NCBI GenBank assembly: GCA_001643675.2
Contig: LSRY02000045.1
Coordinates: forward strand, 558,001 to 622,000
Source of the DNA: Monocercomonoides exilis PA203
Taxonomy: Eukaryota; Protista; Preaxostyla
DNA length: 64,000 nt
Reading direction: 5' to 3'
Shown: positions 13,296 to 25,180 of the stretch, piece by piece
How the letters are laid out: each line of letters starts with the position of its first letter
How positions within the stretch are numbered: position 1 is the first letter of the stretch
Made by a program: the position numbers and the translations under genes
The notes under the pieces: model-generated
What the model was told of the DNA's origin: nothing
Databases searched by the model: none
Seen by the model: the letters and a program-made list of their open reading frames with translations, nothing else

Positions 13296-16200
13296 ATGAT
13301 GATTAAAATAACGCATATGGCGATATTTCTGAGTATTTATGGAATAAGTGTGTGCTTGGATAGAGAGTGGAAGGAGAGTGTGGTATGTGGATGTGTTTGT
13401 GCATGTAATTCATCCATTGAGTTGAGAGGGATGATATTGACGAGGCATGAGCATGGTAGTGTGATGCGTGGTTTGAGGGGAAGTATGATTGTGATGAGGG
13501 GATGTATTATAGGAACGGGAAAGGACGATGAGGCAGGGGCATTTGATCTGAGCAGGAGCATTGGGGTGTTGACAAACATCACGTTGAAGGGGTGGAGAAA
13601 GGGGGGAGAGATATACTCGGGAAGGCTGTTTGGAGGGAAGGGATATGGAAGGGAGAAGGGTGGAGGTGAAGAGAAAAGAGGAGAAGAAGGAGAAAGAGGA
13701 AGAGATAGAGGAAGAGAAGGAGATGGAGATGGAGAAGGCATCGAAGGGAGTATTTCGGTGAGTGAATCACGATTCTCTTCTTTTTGTGTCTCATCAGCCC
13801 CATTCCTCTCGTCGCCTTCAATACCCCTAATGTCCCTCTCCCATCTGACATTTTTCAACATCTCAACAGCAAATGATGCGTGTTTGCCTGCAACAGCTAC
13901 ATCATCCCAAACCTCATGTCTGATGAACAGTTGTTCCTTTTCATCAGTCTGCAATGCATATGATGGGGGGATTGTCCCTTCCCTCAATAACCCCTTGGCA
14001 TCCTTGATAGCCTCAAACACCTCGTTTATTGGGTGTTGCAGAACAAGAAACGTTGAATACACTGGAACTGAAAATAATAAGAAACATCCAGGGAGACATA
14101 ATGAAACAGAAAATGGAGCTAATTCATTCGCTTGGTGTGAATGGAATGGCTCAAAAACCACTGGGTCTGGAACTTCTTATTCAGATGGAACTTCAAATGG
14201 TGGAGCAATTTTCATGTATGGCTTGTCATCAGGAACACTTTCAGTGAAATTTTGTTCTTTTAATGATTGCTATGCGCATTATGGCGGTGGTGGTATTATG
14301 TGCCGTGAGATCAGTTCAATCAATATTGAGAACAACTCATTCAATGCATGTACTGCACAAAATTATCGTGGGGGAGGGATGTATGCCTATTCCATTTCAA
14401 CATGTGTCAGGATCAGCGGGTGCGAGTTCCAGAAATGCACTTCAAAATATAATGGAGGAGGATTATTTCTTCAATCTTTTCAGGTTTCTGGATCTTCCTG
14501 TATTGGAACAGAAAATGGCAAAGGGGAGAGCGCTTGTGTGTTTGAGTGTTTCTTCACTTCTTGTTTGGTTCGTGAATATAATGGAGGAGGGATGTATTGT
14601 CATGGCGTTCCAGCTTCATTCAAAATGAGGAGTGTCCAGTTTATTTCATGCAAAACAACAACAACTGGCGGAGGATTGTGTTTCAATCCAAACCAACAAA
14701 CAGCACCAAGTGACAACGCTTATTGTTATTTTTTCTTCTTTCATGATTGTAGATGCAGCGATTCCACTCCATATGGTCACGATGTATATTTTCGTGATGA
14801 TTTCCATCTTTTTTCTTCAAAAAATCCGTTTTACGAATCTTACACAACTAATGATGATGAGAATAGATTGACATATCATTATTTTGATGGAAAAGATTAC
14901 TATTATATGCACACAGAAAAGAAATGGTGGCTAAAAGACAAAACTGTTTATGCCTCAGTGAGCGGGAATGACTTGTATGAGCCGTGTGGGGCAAATGAGT
15001 CAAATCCGTGTCTGACAGTGAAGAAGGCGTTTGAGATGTGTGAGATACTGTTGAGCATATCAATCACTCTTAAGGAAGGGAATCACATAAGCGAGACAAC
15101 AACGATTGAGATTGGAGAAAAGAAGATTTCAGTTGTTGGAAAAGGAAGGGAAGCATGTTCGATTGGAACAGGAGCGCTTTCATCACCATCAGCAGCAGGA
15201 GCGCTGTTCAGTGTGACAACAGGTCATCTTGGTTTATTGCACATGAAAGTTGATTGCAATTTAAATTCAAGTCCTTTGCCAAGTGTAGCTGTGGTGTCTG
15301 ATGGGAGTGGGTCACTCTCATTGGAGGATGTTGTGATCACCACGAGCAAAACGGGAAACTATGTGATGTTGTCGTCAGTGTTTGTGGTGCCGCTGTCACA
15401 GCTGTCGATGGTTGGTGTGGAGATCAAAGATATGAATGTCTCAAAACCATTGTTCTCTGAGCCAGATCTATCTTCTTCTTCTTCATCATCATCATTGTCG
15501 TCATTGTCGTCATCTGCACTGTATCTGACTGCCACAGCATCAGGAGATAGTGTTCTGGCAAATATGAAGGTGATGAATGTGAAGTTGACTGAAGGAGATG
15601 GGGTGGTTGTTGCAAAGAGTGTGAAGGCAGGAGAGACGTTTGTGGTCAAGAATGTGACAATCGAAGATTGCGAGTGCAAGACTGGAAGTGGTGGTGGGAT
15701 TAAGGTTGAGTTGAAATCATCAAGCAAGTTGCAGGTTGAAACATTTACAAAATTCAACAGATGCAAGTGCAGCGGATATGGAGGAGGGATTATGCTGTAT
15801 CTGGAAGATGGCTCGCACGACTTCTCAATTGTGTCTGTAGACTTTTCAGGTTGCATTGCAATGTCTGGTGGAAATTATGTATTTGTGAATGGGAGCAATT
15901 CGGCAAGCTGGAAAAGAAGCTCCTCAACGCTGAATGTCCAACATGATAGTAAAAAATTCAACGAGTTGGTGGGATATGATCGGAGTGACACAACAATGGG
16001 GCTATTCCCGCTGAATATCTTTTTGGACACAATATCCGGTGCTGCGCATGTTGGGAAGGCAAAGAATAATCTGGGCGGATACAATTCATGGTTTTGCGGG
16101 TTCGCTTATTATCCTTGTGCAACAATCACTTACACTGGCCAGACACGATATTCGGGCAAGGACAAAAACATCGAATTGGATTCAGGATTCGAGCTTGCCG

Positions 16201-19200
16201 AAGAGGTGTCCATGACAGATTTTGACAAAGAATGGCTGATCTCTTGCGCCACAAAGGGGATGAATGTGAAAGTGATTCGCCCGAGTTCCATAAGTTCTGA
16301 TTGGCTGATCAACGCGCAGAGCACATGCAAAATAGAAAATATCACCTTTTCACTGCCAACAGAGCTTGCAGGCGTGAAATCGCTGATTTTGGCCAACTCC
16401 ACATCCATCACACTCACAGACTGCTCGTTAGTAAATTCACCAGACAATATCGTTGGCCAATCGATTGGATACAGCTTTGTAAATGCGTTGTCAGGAAAAC
16501 TTTGGATGGAGCAATTTGAAATCAGAGAAGGTCTGACATTTGATGGGCATTCGTTGGTTGAGTTTGTGGCAGGGGTGAGTGTTGTGTATTTCAAAGGTTG
16601 CATTATTAACTCGATTGACAAGAAAAGTGGAAATGGGGGATTCCTGAAAGGAGTAGTCGGAGAAGACTTTGGGGAAGGACCGATAGGAATTGTTGTGATT
16701 GAATCATGCGTTATAAAGAACTGCAAATGCCGGAGAAAAGAAGGAAAAGACGGAAAAGGAGGAGGAATATGCATGAGTGTGAAAGGAGAAGGAAGCGTTG
16801 TGGTGAATGGGACGAGCGAGTTCGATGGATGCGAGGCATACAAAGGGGAAGATGCTGAAGGGAGAGGCGGAGGAATAATGCTGGAGATGCTGAGCTCGAA
16901 AAGCAAGTTGGAGATTGCATCAGAAGTAAAATTTTCGGTCGATACGGCAAACAAAGCTAAATACGGGAAGGATGTGTTTGTCAGTTGCGGTTCGGGAATA
17001 TTGCTGGAAACAAAAATAAATCCAACTTCCTTTGCCTTCATCAAACCCTCTGATGAAATATCAAATGATTCACAGACAGTTTTGAATTTGTGTGGGAGCG
17101 AAAAGGGGAATGAAGATGAAGTGATTCCGCTGTTTGTGTATTTGTTCTCAATCGGATCGAAATTAACTGTTGATGGGAGCGGAAGCGTGGCATATGATCA
17201 CAGCTACTGTGGATTTGAGAAGTTTGGGTGTCAAACAATTAATTATTGCATGAGCACTCGAGTTCCAAAAGGCTTCCAAACAGTTGAGGTTTCTTCTGAA
17301 TCATCAATAAATGATGAAATCATCGGGCCTTCATTCAATGTGATAATTTCAGGCAGAATAGTGTCATCCGATGGAGAGAGGATGGGAGTGAATGTGAGTG
17401 ATGGAGGATCAGACACACAAAATTGTCTTGTTGGATGTTCGAGTTCACTGACAATGAGGAGACTTTCATTTGTTGTGAAAGGTCAGCTGAATTCCAGGAG
17501 AAGTGCATTCATTCACTCAACATCAACACTTAGTGTGACGAACTGTTCAATCTCATTTGAGAGTGGGGCATTGACCGATGGAAAGATAGGATACAGCATC
17601 ATTGACATGACAGGAGGAGAACTGATTATCGACGGATTGATGATGGAAATTGCAACGACACTGACAATGAATGGGAAATCACCAATATCAATGACAAGTG
17701 GAGCTCAATTGGAGATTTTGAATAGCAGAGTGAATGGAGTGGAGGTGGAAGGCGGGAGCGGAGAAGGAAGAGGTTGCATTGGTGCTGCGATAAATGAAGA
17801 TGGAAGCGCTATTGTGGATAACTGCAGCATTTCAACAACATGCACAGGTGGAAGTGGAATGAAAGGAGGAGGGATGATGATATCGGTCGGGGAGAGAGGA
17901 AGTTTGGAGATCAATGATGTGCGATTTTCAGGATGCCAGGTGCCAACAGAAGACAACTTGCAGAAAGGAAGAGGAATGGGAGGAGGAATGTTTGTCAGCT
18001 TGGCAGATACAATGGAATCATTTGTGCTTGAAGGAGTGACATTCAGCGAGTGCAATGCTTGGAAAGGGAAGAAAATGTTCATATCGGGAAATGACCTGAG
18101 CGAGGTTATGTCAAACGAAAAACTGAAAAAGGAGTTGAGTACAAGTGATGAGAATTCCTTGGATGAGCTGTGTGGATGGGAGAGAGCAAGCACAGGAGAA
18201 AATGGATATGTGATTCCACTGGTTGTGTATTTGTGGACGAACTGGAGCGGGAATGGGTTTGTATCGAAGGAGAAAGGAGGAGACTTCAGCGAGTGTGGGT
18301 ATTCAGAAGCACCATGCTCATCGATTGATCACTTAATTTCTCTGAGATATAGCTCACTCGGAGAAGGCGAAACACACATCAACATTGTGGGATCGGGGTT
18401 ATTGAGTCATTCCATATCATTCTTGTCTTCGTTGCCAGCTTCACAAGATTCAGAGTTGCCAAAAGTTGTGATAAAAGCTGCGGCGAAAGAGACTGGCGTG
18501 ACGATTACTGATGAAGATGAAGTTGATCTGAAAGATTCAATGATATCATCTAATGTGAGTTTGTCACTTGCAAACATGTCATTCACAAAGCCAGTCGCGA
18601 AAACTAATCATGCAGTATTCATTGAATCGTCAGGAACAAATGCACTCCTGACAGTAACGGATTGTTCATTTGGCTCATTGACAGGGCTGACAGAGACATT
18701 TGGATATTGCATGATGAGAGTGAATGGAGGGAGCGCTCTGATTGAGAAATGCACGATGAATTTGATTTCTGATTTGAAAGGATTCATCAGTTTCAGCCGA
18801 AGTGTCAATCAGGTGATTGTTCAGAAAGTGAACATTTCATTAACCACTGTGACAGAAGGAAGCCTGATTTCGATATTTGAGGATGAACTCGCATATGAAG
18901 TGTCAGTTTCATCGAGTTTGAATGCGGCAGAAAACAGTCATCCTAAAAACAGCATGCCATTGCTGAAAGTTAATGGCTGTTCATTTGCCAATATCACGAA
19001 TGAAGGAAATAGGGCAAGTGTTGTTGATGTGGGATCATTTGATTATGCAATAGAATGCATGATGGATGAGTGTTTAATGACGAGTTGCAAGAGTACCTTG
19101 AGCAATGAAGGTGGAGGAGTGAAAGTGGTGTTGAAGGATGATGAATCTGTTTTAAAAGTGAATGGCAGCTCATTTTCGTTATGCAAGTGCTCGATGGAAT

Positions 19201-22100
19201 CAGGGCGCGGAGGAGGGCTGTTTATTGATGAAGCAGATCCAAATGTTAACTGTGCTGATGCGACTCAGATGCCACGCCTGTGGATCAAAATTGTTAACAT
19301 CAAGTTTTCGCTGAATGAGGCATTTGTTGGGAAAGACATATTCATCAAATGTCATTCAATTGTACGCCAGATCAGCGAAACACTGTTCACTCTTGACTAC
19401 AACCAGGAATCATTGAACTCAGACAACTCCATCTGCGGATGCGATTCAGAAATCGAGGGAATTGATAATCTGATTCCACGAATCACATACTTTAAAGGTC
19501 TTCAAGTATTTGTGAATGCGGGAGGGGAGGATGGCAGATTATGTGGGACATGGAACTATCCATGCAAGAGCATCAATTGTGGGATTGATCACATTCAGGA
19601 AGGAGTGATGAATGCGATTCTGATTGATGGGGAAGGGGCTGTGACAATGGAATGTGTGATTGGAGACCTGGTTGTGAATTCATTCAAAAAGTCTCAGGCG
19701 ATTGTGAAGCTGAAATCCAAGATTGAGAAATCAGCAGAGAAGGATAGCATCATGGAGTTTATAAATGAAATCGCTGTGGAGAAGTGCTCATTCGAGTTTG
19801 AAGACACTTTACAGACAACTCATTGCTTCATTCTGAAGGTTAAGAACGGAATGACAAAAATTCAAGAATGTGAATTCTTCTCCTCTTCCGATGAACTAAA
19901 ATTGAACAGTTCAATTGTTAGTGTAGAAAGCGGAGAGCTGAGGATATCGGAAACAACATTCAGGGATTTGCACTCAACAACAGCAGTACTTTCCTTCAAT
20001 GAAAAATCGAATGTGACGCTGCTTGAAACAAGCATTTCAAATATCAAAAGTGAGGGAGATGTTGTGAGTGTTGGGGGTAAAGCGAAAGTGGTGATGAAGA
20101 TCATGACGATAGAGAATGTGAGTGTAGCATCAGAAAGATGTGTTGTTGCGATGGAAGATGCAGAACAGGAGGTGAGAGTGCTGAACTGCTCGTTTGGAAA
20201 ATGCAGGAATTCGGTGAACAAGGGAAGCATTATGCAAATAAGGCAATTTGAGGATATGATGGTTGAGGCATGTGTATTTGATGGGAAAAAAGAGGAGAAA
20301 GAAGCAGAGGCAGCGAACGAAGGAAACAAGGGAAAAGAAGGATTGTGCGAATGGAATGGGTCATTGGTTGACATTGAAAACAGCAATGTGGTGATGAAGG
20401 AGACAACAGTTATGAAGAGCAAGGAAGGAGGGATGTGGGTGAGCGGAGGAAGCGTGAAGATTGAAAACAGCAAGTTTGAGAATAACAATCCTGAGGTTGA
20501 GGGATATCCATCAGCGCGAAGGAATGTGATCTGCACAGGGAATAGTGAGCTGAATGTTGCGAGTGTGAAAGGGGGAGATGGAATCGAGAAAAACTCATCG
20601 CTTTGGATTTTGGATGAAGGATGTCAATTGGGAGGGATTGCATCAGAAAGAGGATCATCATTTTTCATCCCAGTTCTGGAAGAAGTGACAAATACAACCA
20701 GTCGAACAGGGGAAATGGAACTGATCATTCACGGGAAGTTGCTTCTTCCGTGCAATCTGTCAGTGAAGATAAGCATGAAGGATGGAAATGAAGAGGAAAT
20801 AGGGAGAAAGGAAATTAATGGAGAAGGCTCTATTTCGGAGAACGAAGTGCATTTTGTTGTCTCATCGGAGCAGCTGGAAGCAATCGAGAACAAAACAGAA
20901 GTGAGCCTGAACATTTTGTTTGGGAAAGGGATGTTGTCATCCACAAATACATTGGTTGTGATAAACAAGAGTGAGGGGGAAATGAAAGGGGATGAAAATA
21001 AAGGAGAGAGAGAAGGAGATGAAAGAATATCCGAAGGAGGGAATAAAATTGAATGGAGTTTGGTTGCCTTTATTGGGTGCATTGTTATTATTGTGATTCT
21101 GTTATTTGTGATTATTATGGTCGTTGTGTTAATGAGAAAGAAGCAGAATGGAGGAAGAATGAGAGTTGAAGACGGAGACATTGAAGAACCAAAGAATGCA
21201 AAAATTGATGAACTGAGAACAGAAGATATTGCGGAAAGAGTTGAGGAGGAAAAGAAAATGCAAACACCATTGGCTGACAAAACGGGGGCTGAGATGAAGG
21301 TGTCATCAAATAAAGGAGAGGAGATGGAGGAGTGCGAGAACAAAGAAATGGTTGAAAATTCATTTGATTGTGAAGAAGTGATGGAAGTGGCTGCAGTGAA
21401 TTTAGTTGAAATACATACTGTTCCTTCACTTATTTGTGGTGGAGCAGATGGAAGCATGGAGGGTGGTGCTTATGCAGGTGGAAAAGAAGATGAAAATATT
21501 TCAAAAAGAGATAGAAAAGCGAAAAATGGGAAAGGAAGGAAGGGGAAGAAACGGAAGCAAATAGAAGAGGTTGATGAAATTGGGGATGAGAGAGGAGGAT
21601 CCGAGATTGGATTGGAGGAGTTTGGAGGGGTTGCAGCTGCAGATGATGGAAGAAATGGAAAGCCGACAGAATATTATATTGGGATATGTTCTGCACCAAA
21701 TAGTCATTTTTCGATGATTGGAGAGGATTCAGAAGAGCAGGGGATGAAGAAGATGATGGAAGAAGAAAGGAAGGTGGTAAAAGAAGGGAGAGAAGAAGAA
21801 AGAGAGGAGGAGGAAAGCGTGATGAAGGAAATTGGAGGAGCACGAGAAAAAAGAAATGGAGAGACTGAAGAAGCCGAAGGAGAAGAAATGATGAAAGAAT
21901 GTGAAGGGTTTGAAGATGAGGCGAAACTGACGGATGTTGATGGATGCATGAATGGTGAGGAAAGTTCGAAAGGTGAAGAAGGAGAAGCGGAAGGGAAGCG
22001 GAAGAGGAGGAAGAAAAAGAAAAGGAGAAATCAGAAAAGAGAAGATAAATCGGAAATTGTCAGAGATATCGTTGAAATGGGATCGTTAGATTCAGGATAG
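13296..22100 (+). CDS. Large type-I membrane surface protein (2934 aa) with pectin-lyase/beta-helix-like Cys/GGG repeats
   Basis: Uninterrupted 8.8-kb ORF; hydrophobic N-terminus; repeated GGG[I/M/L] and CG..xxPC motifs; single TM (WSLVAFIGCIVIIVILLFVIIMVVVLM, ~21054-21134) followed by RKK and an acidic tail. Confidence 0.9.
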   Translation: MMIKITHMAIFLSIYGISVCLDREWKESVVCGCVCACNSSIELRGMILTRHEHGSVMRGLRGSMIVMRGCIIGTGKDDEAGAFDLSRSIGVLTNITLKGWRKGGEIYSGRLFGGKGYGREKGGGEEKRGEEGERGRDRGREGDGDGEGIEGSISVSESRFSSFCVSSAPFLSSPSIPLMSLSHLTFFNISTANDACLPATATSSQTSCLMNSCSFSSVCNAYDGGIVPSLNNPLASLIASNTSFIGCCRTRNVEYTGTENNKKHPGRHNETENGANSFAWCEWNGSKTTGSGTSYSDGTSNGGAIFMYGLSSGTLSVKFCSFNDCYAHYGGGGIMCREISSINIENNSFNACTAQNYRGGGMYAYSISTCVRISGCEFQKCTSKYNGGGLFLQSFQVSGSSCIGTENGKGESACVFECFFTSCLVREYNGGGMYCHGVPASFKMRSVQFISCKTTTTGGGLCFNPNQQTAPSDNAYCYFFFFHDCRCSDSTPYGHDVYFRDDFHLFSSKNPFYESYTTNDDENRLTYHYFDGKDYYYMHTEKKWWLKDKTVYASVSGNDLYEPCGANESNPCLTVKKAFEMCEILLSISITLKEGNHISETTTIEIGEKKISVVGKGREACSIGTGALSSPSAAGALFSVTTGHLGLLHMKVDCNLNSSPLPSVAVVSDGSGSLSLEDVVITTSKTGNYVMLSSVFVVPLSQLSMVGVEIKDMNVSKPLFSEPDLSSSSSSSSLSSLSSSALYLTATASGDSVLANMKVMNVKLTEGDGVVVAKSVKAGETFVVKNVTIEDCECKTGSGGGIKVELKSSSKLQVETFTKFNRCKCSGYGGGIMLYLEDGSHDFSIVSVDFSGCIAMSGGNYVFVNGSNSASWKRSSSTLNVQHDSKKFNELVGYDRSDTTMGLFPLNIFLDTISGAAHVGKAKNNLGGYNSWFCGFAYYPCATITYTGQTRYSGKDKNIELDSGFELAEEVSMTDFDKEWLISCATKGMNVKVIRPSSISSDWLINAQSTCKIENITFSLPTELAGVKSLILANSTSITLTDCSLVNSPDNIVGQSIGYSFVNALSGKLWMEQFEIREGLTFDGHSLVEFVAGVSVVYFKGCIINSIDKKSGNGGFLKGVVGEDFGEGPIGIVVIESCVIKNCKCRRKEGKDGKGGGICMSVKGEGSVVVNGTSEFDGCEAYKGEDAEGRGGGIMLEMLSSKSKLEIASEVKFSVDTANKAKYGKDVFVSCGSGILLETKINPTSFAFIKPSDEISNDSQTVLNLCGSEKGNEDEVIPLFVYLFSIGSKLTVDGSGSVAYDHSYCGFEKFGCQTINYCMSTRVPKGFQTVEVSSESSINDEIIGPSFNVIISGRIVSSDGERMGVNVSDGGSDTQNCLVGCSSSLTMRRLSFVVKGQLNSRRSAFIHSTSTLSVTNCSISFESGALTDGKIGYSIIDMTGGELIIDGLMMEIATTLTMNGKSPISMTSGAQLEILNSRVNGVEVEGGSGEGRGCIGAAINEDGSAIVDNCSISTTCTGGSGMKGGGMMISVGERGSLEINDVRFSGCQVPTEDNLQKGRGMGGGMFVSLADTMESFVLEGVTFSECNAWKGKKMFISGNDLSEVMSNEKLKKELSTSDENSLDELCGWERASTGENGYVIPLVVYLWTNWSGNGFVSKEKGGDFSECGYSEAPCSSIDHLISLRYSSLGEGETHINIVGSGLLSHSISFLSSLPASQDSELPKVVIKAAAKETGVTITDEDEVDLKDSMISSNVSLSLANMSFTKPVAKTNHAVFIESSGTNALLTVTDCSFGSLTGLTETFGYCMMRVNGGSALIEKCTMNLISDLKGFISFSRSVNQVIVQKVNISLTTVTEGSLISIFEDELAYEVSVSSSLNAAENSHPKNSMPLLKVNGCSFANITNEGNRASVVDVGSFDYAIECMMDECLMTSCKSTLSNEGGGVKVVLKDDESVLKVNGSSFSLCKCSMESGRGGGLFIDEADPNVNCADATQMPRLWIKIVNIKFSLNEAFVGKDIFIKCHSIVRQISETLFTLDYNQESLNSDNSICGCDSEIEGIDNLIPRITYFKGLQVFVNAGGEDGRLCGTWNYPCKSINCGIDHIQEGVMNAILIDGEGAVTMECVIGDLVVNSFKKSQAIVKLKSKIEKSAEKDSIMEFINEIAVEKCSFEFEDTLQTTHCFILKVKNGMTKIQECEFFSSSDELKLNSSIVSVESGELRISETTFRDLHSTTAVLSFNEKSNVTLLETSISNIKSEGDVVSVGGKAKVVMKIMTIENVSVASERCVVAMEDAEQEVRVLNCSFGKCRNSVNKGSIMQIRQFEDMMVEACVFDGKKEEKEAEAANEGNKGKEGLCEWNGSLVDIENSNVVMKETTVMKSKEGGMWVSGGSVKIENSKFENNNPEVEGYPSARRNVICTGNSELNVASVKGGDGIEKNSSLWILDEGCQLGGIASERGSSFFIPVLEEVTNTTSRTGEMELIIHGKLLLPCNLSVKISMKDGNEEEIGRKEINGEGSISENEVHFVVSSEQLEAIENKTEVSLNILFGKGMLSSTNTLVVINKSEGEMKGDENKGEREGDERISEGGNKIEWSLVAFIGCIVIIVILLFVIIMVVVLMRKKQNGGRMRVEDGDIEEPKNAKIDELRTEDIAERVEEEKKMQTPLADKTGAEMKVSSNKGEEMEECENKEMVENSFDCEEVMEVAAVNLVEIHTVPSLICGGADGSMEGGAYAGGKEDENISKRDRKAKNGKGRKGKKRKQIEEVDEIGDERGGSEIGLEEFGGVAAADDGRNGKPTEYYIGICSAPNSHFSMIGEDSEEQGMKKMMEEERKVVKEGREEEREEEESVMKEIGGAREKRNGETEEAEGEEMMKECEGFEDEAKLTDVDGCMNGEESSKGEEGEAEGKRKRRKKKKRRNQKREDKSEIVRDIVEMGSLDSG

Positions 22101-23668
22101 TGCAGCATTGAATATGGCAGATAATGTTGCCATCCTTGCTTCAAATAACGAAGTTGGATAAGAGGGAGGGGAGAATGAAGCTCAGAAATCAGAAAAAATA
22201 ATAATATGAAAGAACTTTCAATGCGCGTGTATCGAAAGGAAGAGCACTGATGGAACTGTTTTGCTCCCTGAAAATCAGTTCATTTGTGAAATGAAAGACG
22301 CTCCCAGTCAAACTTTTTGCTGCATGTTCTGAAAGAGAAGAGTTGAAATAACTTTGCCTATTTGATAACTTGCCTATTGTTGCCGTTGCAATTGTGTCTC
22401 ATCTTTTCTCAAAATCTTTTATATTCATTTTTCAATTCAATTCAATTCAATTTTTAATTTTTTATAAATTGTGTTTGTGTATTTTTCCAACCGGAAGTTT
22501 TAGAAGGAAGCATTTCACTTTATTCGTTTTTTTTCAGAAAAAGTTTTGTCCAGCTGTCATGTTTTTGTTCAATTTTCTTCTTGACTTTGACTATTTTGAC
22601 ATCTCAACTTTATTTCTTTTCTTTTTTTGAATATTTCTGTCACCTCATCACAACTTATTTGCTTGCTTTTCTTCTAGATTATATCGTTGGGCTGCATGGC
22701 GCAATGATATATTTGAAGTACTTTCAGTCAATCCTTGTCACATCACGAATTTTGAAAACGCCTTTTTATTCAACAAACACTCAACTCAAGAGCTTGATTC
22801 TGTTTTTTTCATTCATTTTTTGATGCAAAAGAATCGCAAAGAGAAGGAAGCATTTCTCAATAGGAGAATGTCTGAGATAATTAAACATCATTTATTCATG
22901 AAAAGTTCGTTTTATTTAATTATCTGGAGATAAATAAAATTTGAACATTTTCATCATAATATTATTCCAACTCATCAAAATTAACGTCCACAAAAAATAA
23001 TAACATTATAAAGCATTTATAACCATTCAAGTGAAATTTGGTAAGTTCTAATGAAATTTTGATAAAAATATTTAAATTTCAATTTCACCTAAAGATAAGG
23101 CAAATGAAACTTTTCTTGAACATATAATTAGTTATTTTTTTTTTAATTTTTGTGATTTATTCATCACTTGCTGAGTATCATAAAGTGTTATAAATATGAT
23201 ATTTTTCATTTCTTATAAAATGAATGAGAAATTGAACCTCGAATGTTATTCTTTATCAATAAACATGAAAATGTTCACTGTTACAGAAAAAAAATATCTT
23301 CGTTGAAATCTGATTATTTATGAATGAATTCGCATCATATTGTTAAATAATGCATTTTACAGTCAAGATAAGTCATAAGCATTGAAATTAATTCAAATAA
23401 ATTAAATAAAACCTTCAAAGGATTTTGAAAGTGAATTCATTGACTATTCTGCCGTGAAACATTATTGATTTCAGTTTACAAAATTAATGTGAATAATTTT
23501 TAATGTTGAATTATTAATAATCTTACAATAGGAAACGAATTCATTTGAAATTTTTGAGTTTTCATGAAAGGTGATTTTTTTCCGAATAATAAGAAATTTT
23601 CATGTTTTGAGACAATCAAGAAAAATCAGAGTTCAATTTGTCATCTGTTAAACGAATATTGATGATAT

Positions 23669-23925
23669 GGGCGATTATTTTTGAAATCATATTTTTTTCA
23701 TACAAAAATTTCGGTGCAAAAGTATTTCTTGAATATCAATAAACAAAAATTGAAAAGTGAAAAGGCTTGTTCAATGCCTTTTATTTTTTGATTCGGATCA
23801 ACCGTTTGTTTTTTAGACAATCATCATGCTTCTTTTCTTTTGAAATAAAATTTTCTTTAAAAAAACTTTCAATCTATGAAAAATCAACACCGCGAAAAAA
23901 TATCTGATTTCAAAAATAATCACCC
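23669..23925. mobile_element. MITE with GGG(T/C)GATTATTTTTGAAATCA TIRs and ATAT flanks (Sola2-like termini)
   Basis: ~30-bp imperfect TIR; atat on both sides. Confidence 0.65.
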
Positions 23926-24065
23926 ATATGTTATGCACTAATGACTTTCTGAAACACTGCCAGACCCTAATTTTTTCATGAAAAAAAATTTTTTTAAAAA
24001 AATACTGAATTTTGTAATTTTTGAAAAAGAAGTTCGACATATTTGAATAATAAATTAAGTATATG

Positions 24066-24469
24066 CAGTAAGTGTTAATAATGGTGGACACTTTCAATAT
24101 CTGCGGACAGTGGTATTATCTCAACAACAATTGATAGTTGCATTTTAGAAATAAAAACAATTATTACTAAAATAAACGCTAACTCACAAGTTATGCAGAT
24201 ATGAAACAACTTGCTCCAAATAATAAAAAACGAAACGTTTAAAAAATTTAGTGAAACTCGGAGAAATTAGATTCTCCGAGTTTCTCCTAAAAGAAAAAAC
24301 AATTAAAAAAGTTATATTGTGTTGGATGGGTTACAAAAACAATTCGAATAAGATCATATTCATTGAGAATGCAATTGGGTTTATTATCCAAGCACAACTA
24401 TCAATGGTTGTTGAGAGAAAGCCACTGTTCACAGTTATTTAAAGTGTCTACCATTATTAACACTTACTT
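24066..24469. mobile_element. Tc1/mariner-like palindromic MITE
   Basis: ~90-bp TIRs starting CAGTAAGTGTTAATAATGGT; degenerate TA flanks; central 13-bp perfect stem at 24253-24284. Confidence 0.75.
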
Positions 24470-25180
24470 TAATGTATTTTTAAAAAATGAAAAAAAAAAA
24501 ACCCAAATAAGAACAAAGTCAATGACTTTAACAAGTTTTGCTTAAATGCAATCAAAAAACGTAAATTTGTAAGGTTAAGAGAGAAGGACAGTTCAAATGC
24601 TGTTGAGAAAGAAGATTCATGCAAATATTCAGTTGTTTCTTTTTGTTTATTCAGGTTTTTGGGGTTTTTTAGTGAATTAAATATAATTTTTCAACACTTT
24701 TATTTTGGGTTTTATCAACCTGTTTGAATTGAATCGATCACTTCACATTTATTGTTTTTCATATTGAAGGAAAAAATTATATATACAGTTTTAAAGATCA
24801 AAGCGAAATCGATTTTCGCTGTTTTCACGTATTTGCAATTACAAAATTGCACCTTTTGTTGTAAGAACGTTGGTCATCAATTAAATTTACATAAAAGTGT
24901 TATCTTTGCATTTTTTAGATGTTATTACCATTTATTTTGCGCAAAATCCTTATCAATTTGAATACAAGCTGTTCAGAAAATAAACACTATCCTGCAACGA
25001 ATTGCGATTTTTATTTGTGAATGGAGCACATTCTTTGGAATGAAATAATGGCAGCTCGATTTTTATTCAAAAAATAATACATATTTTGTTTGGACAATTT
25101 TTTATAGATTTATTAAAAAAGGAATTGCGATCGTGAAGTTTCATTCAACATCGATTCCTTGATCCAAAAAACTAATAATA

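Noticed and set aside
13337-21949. Numerous antisense and overlapping ORFs, and poly-K/S/F ORFs elsewhere
   Set aside because: Shadows of real genes or translations of microsatellites.
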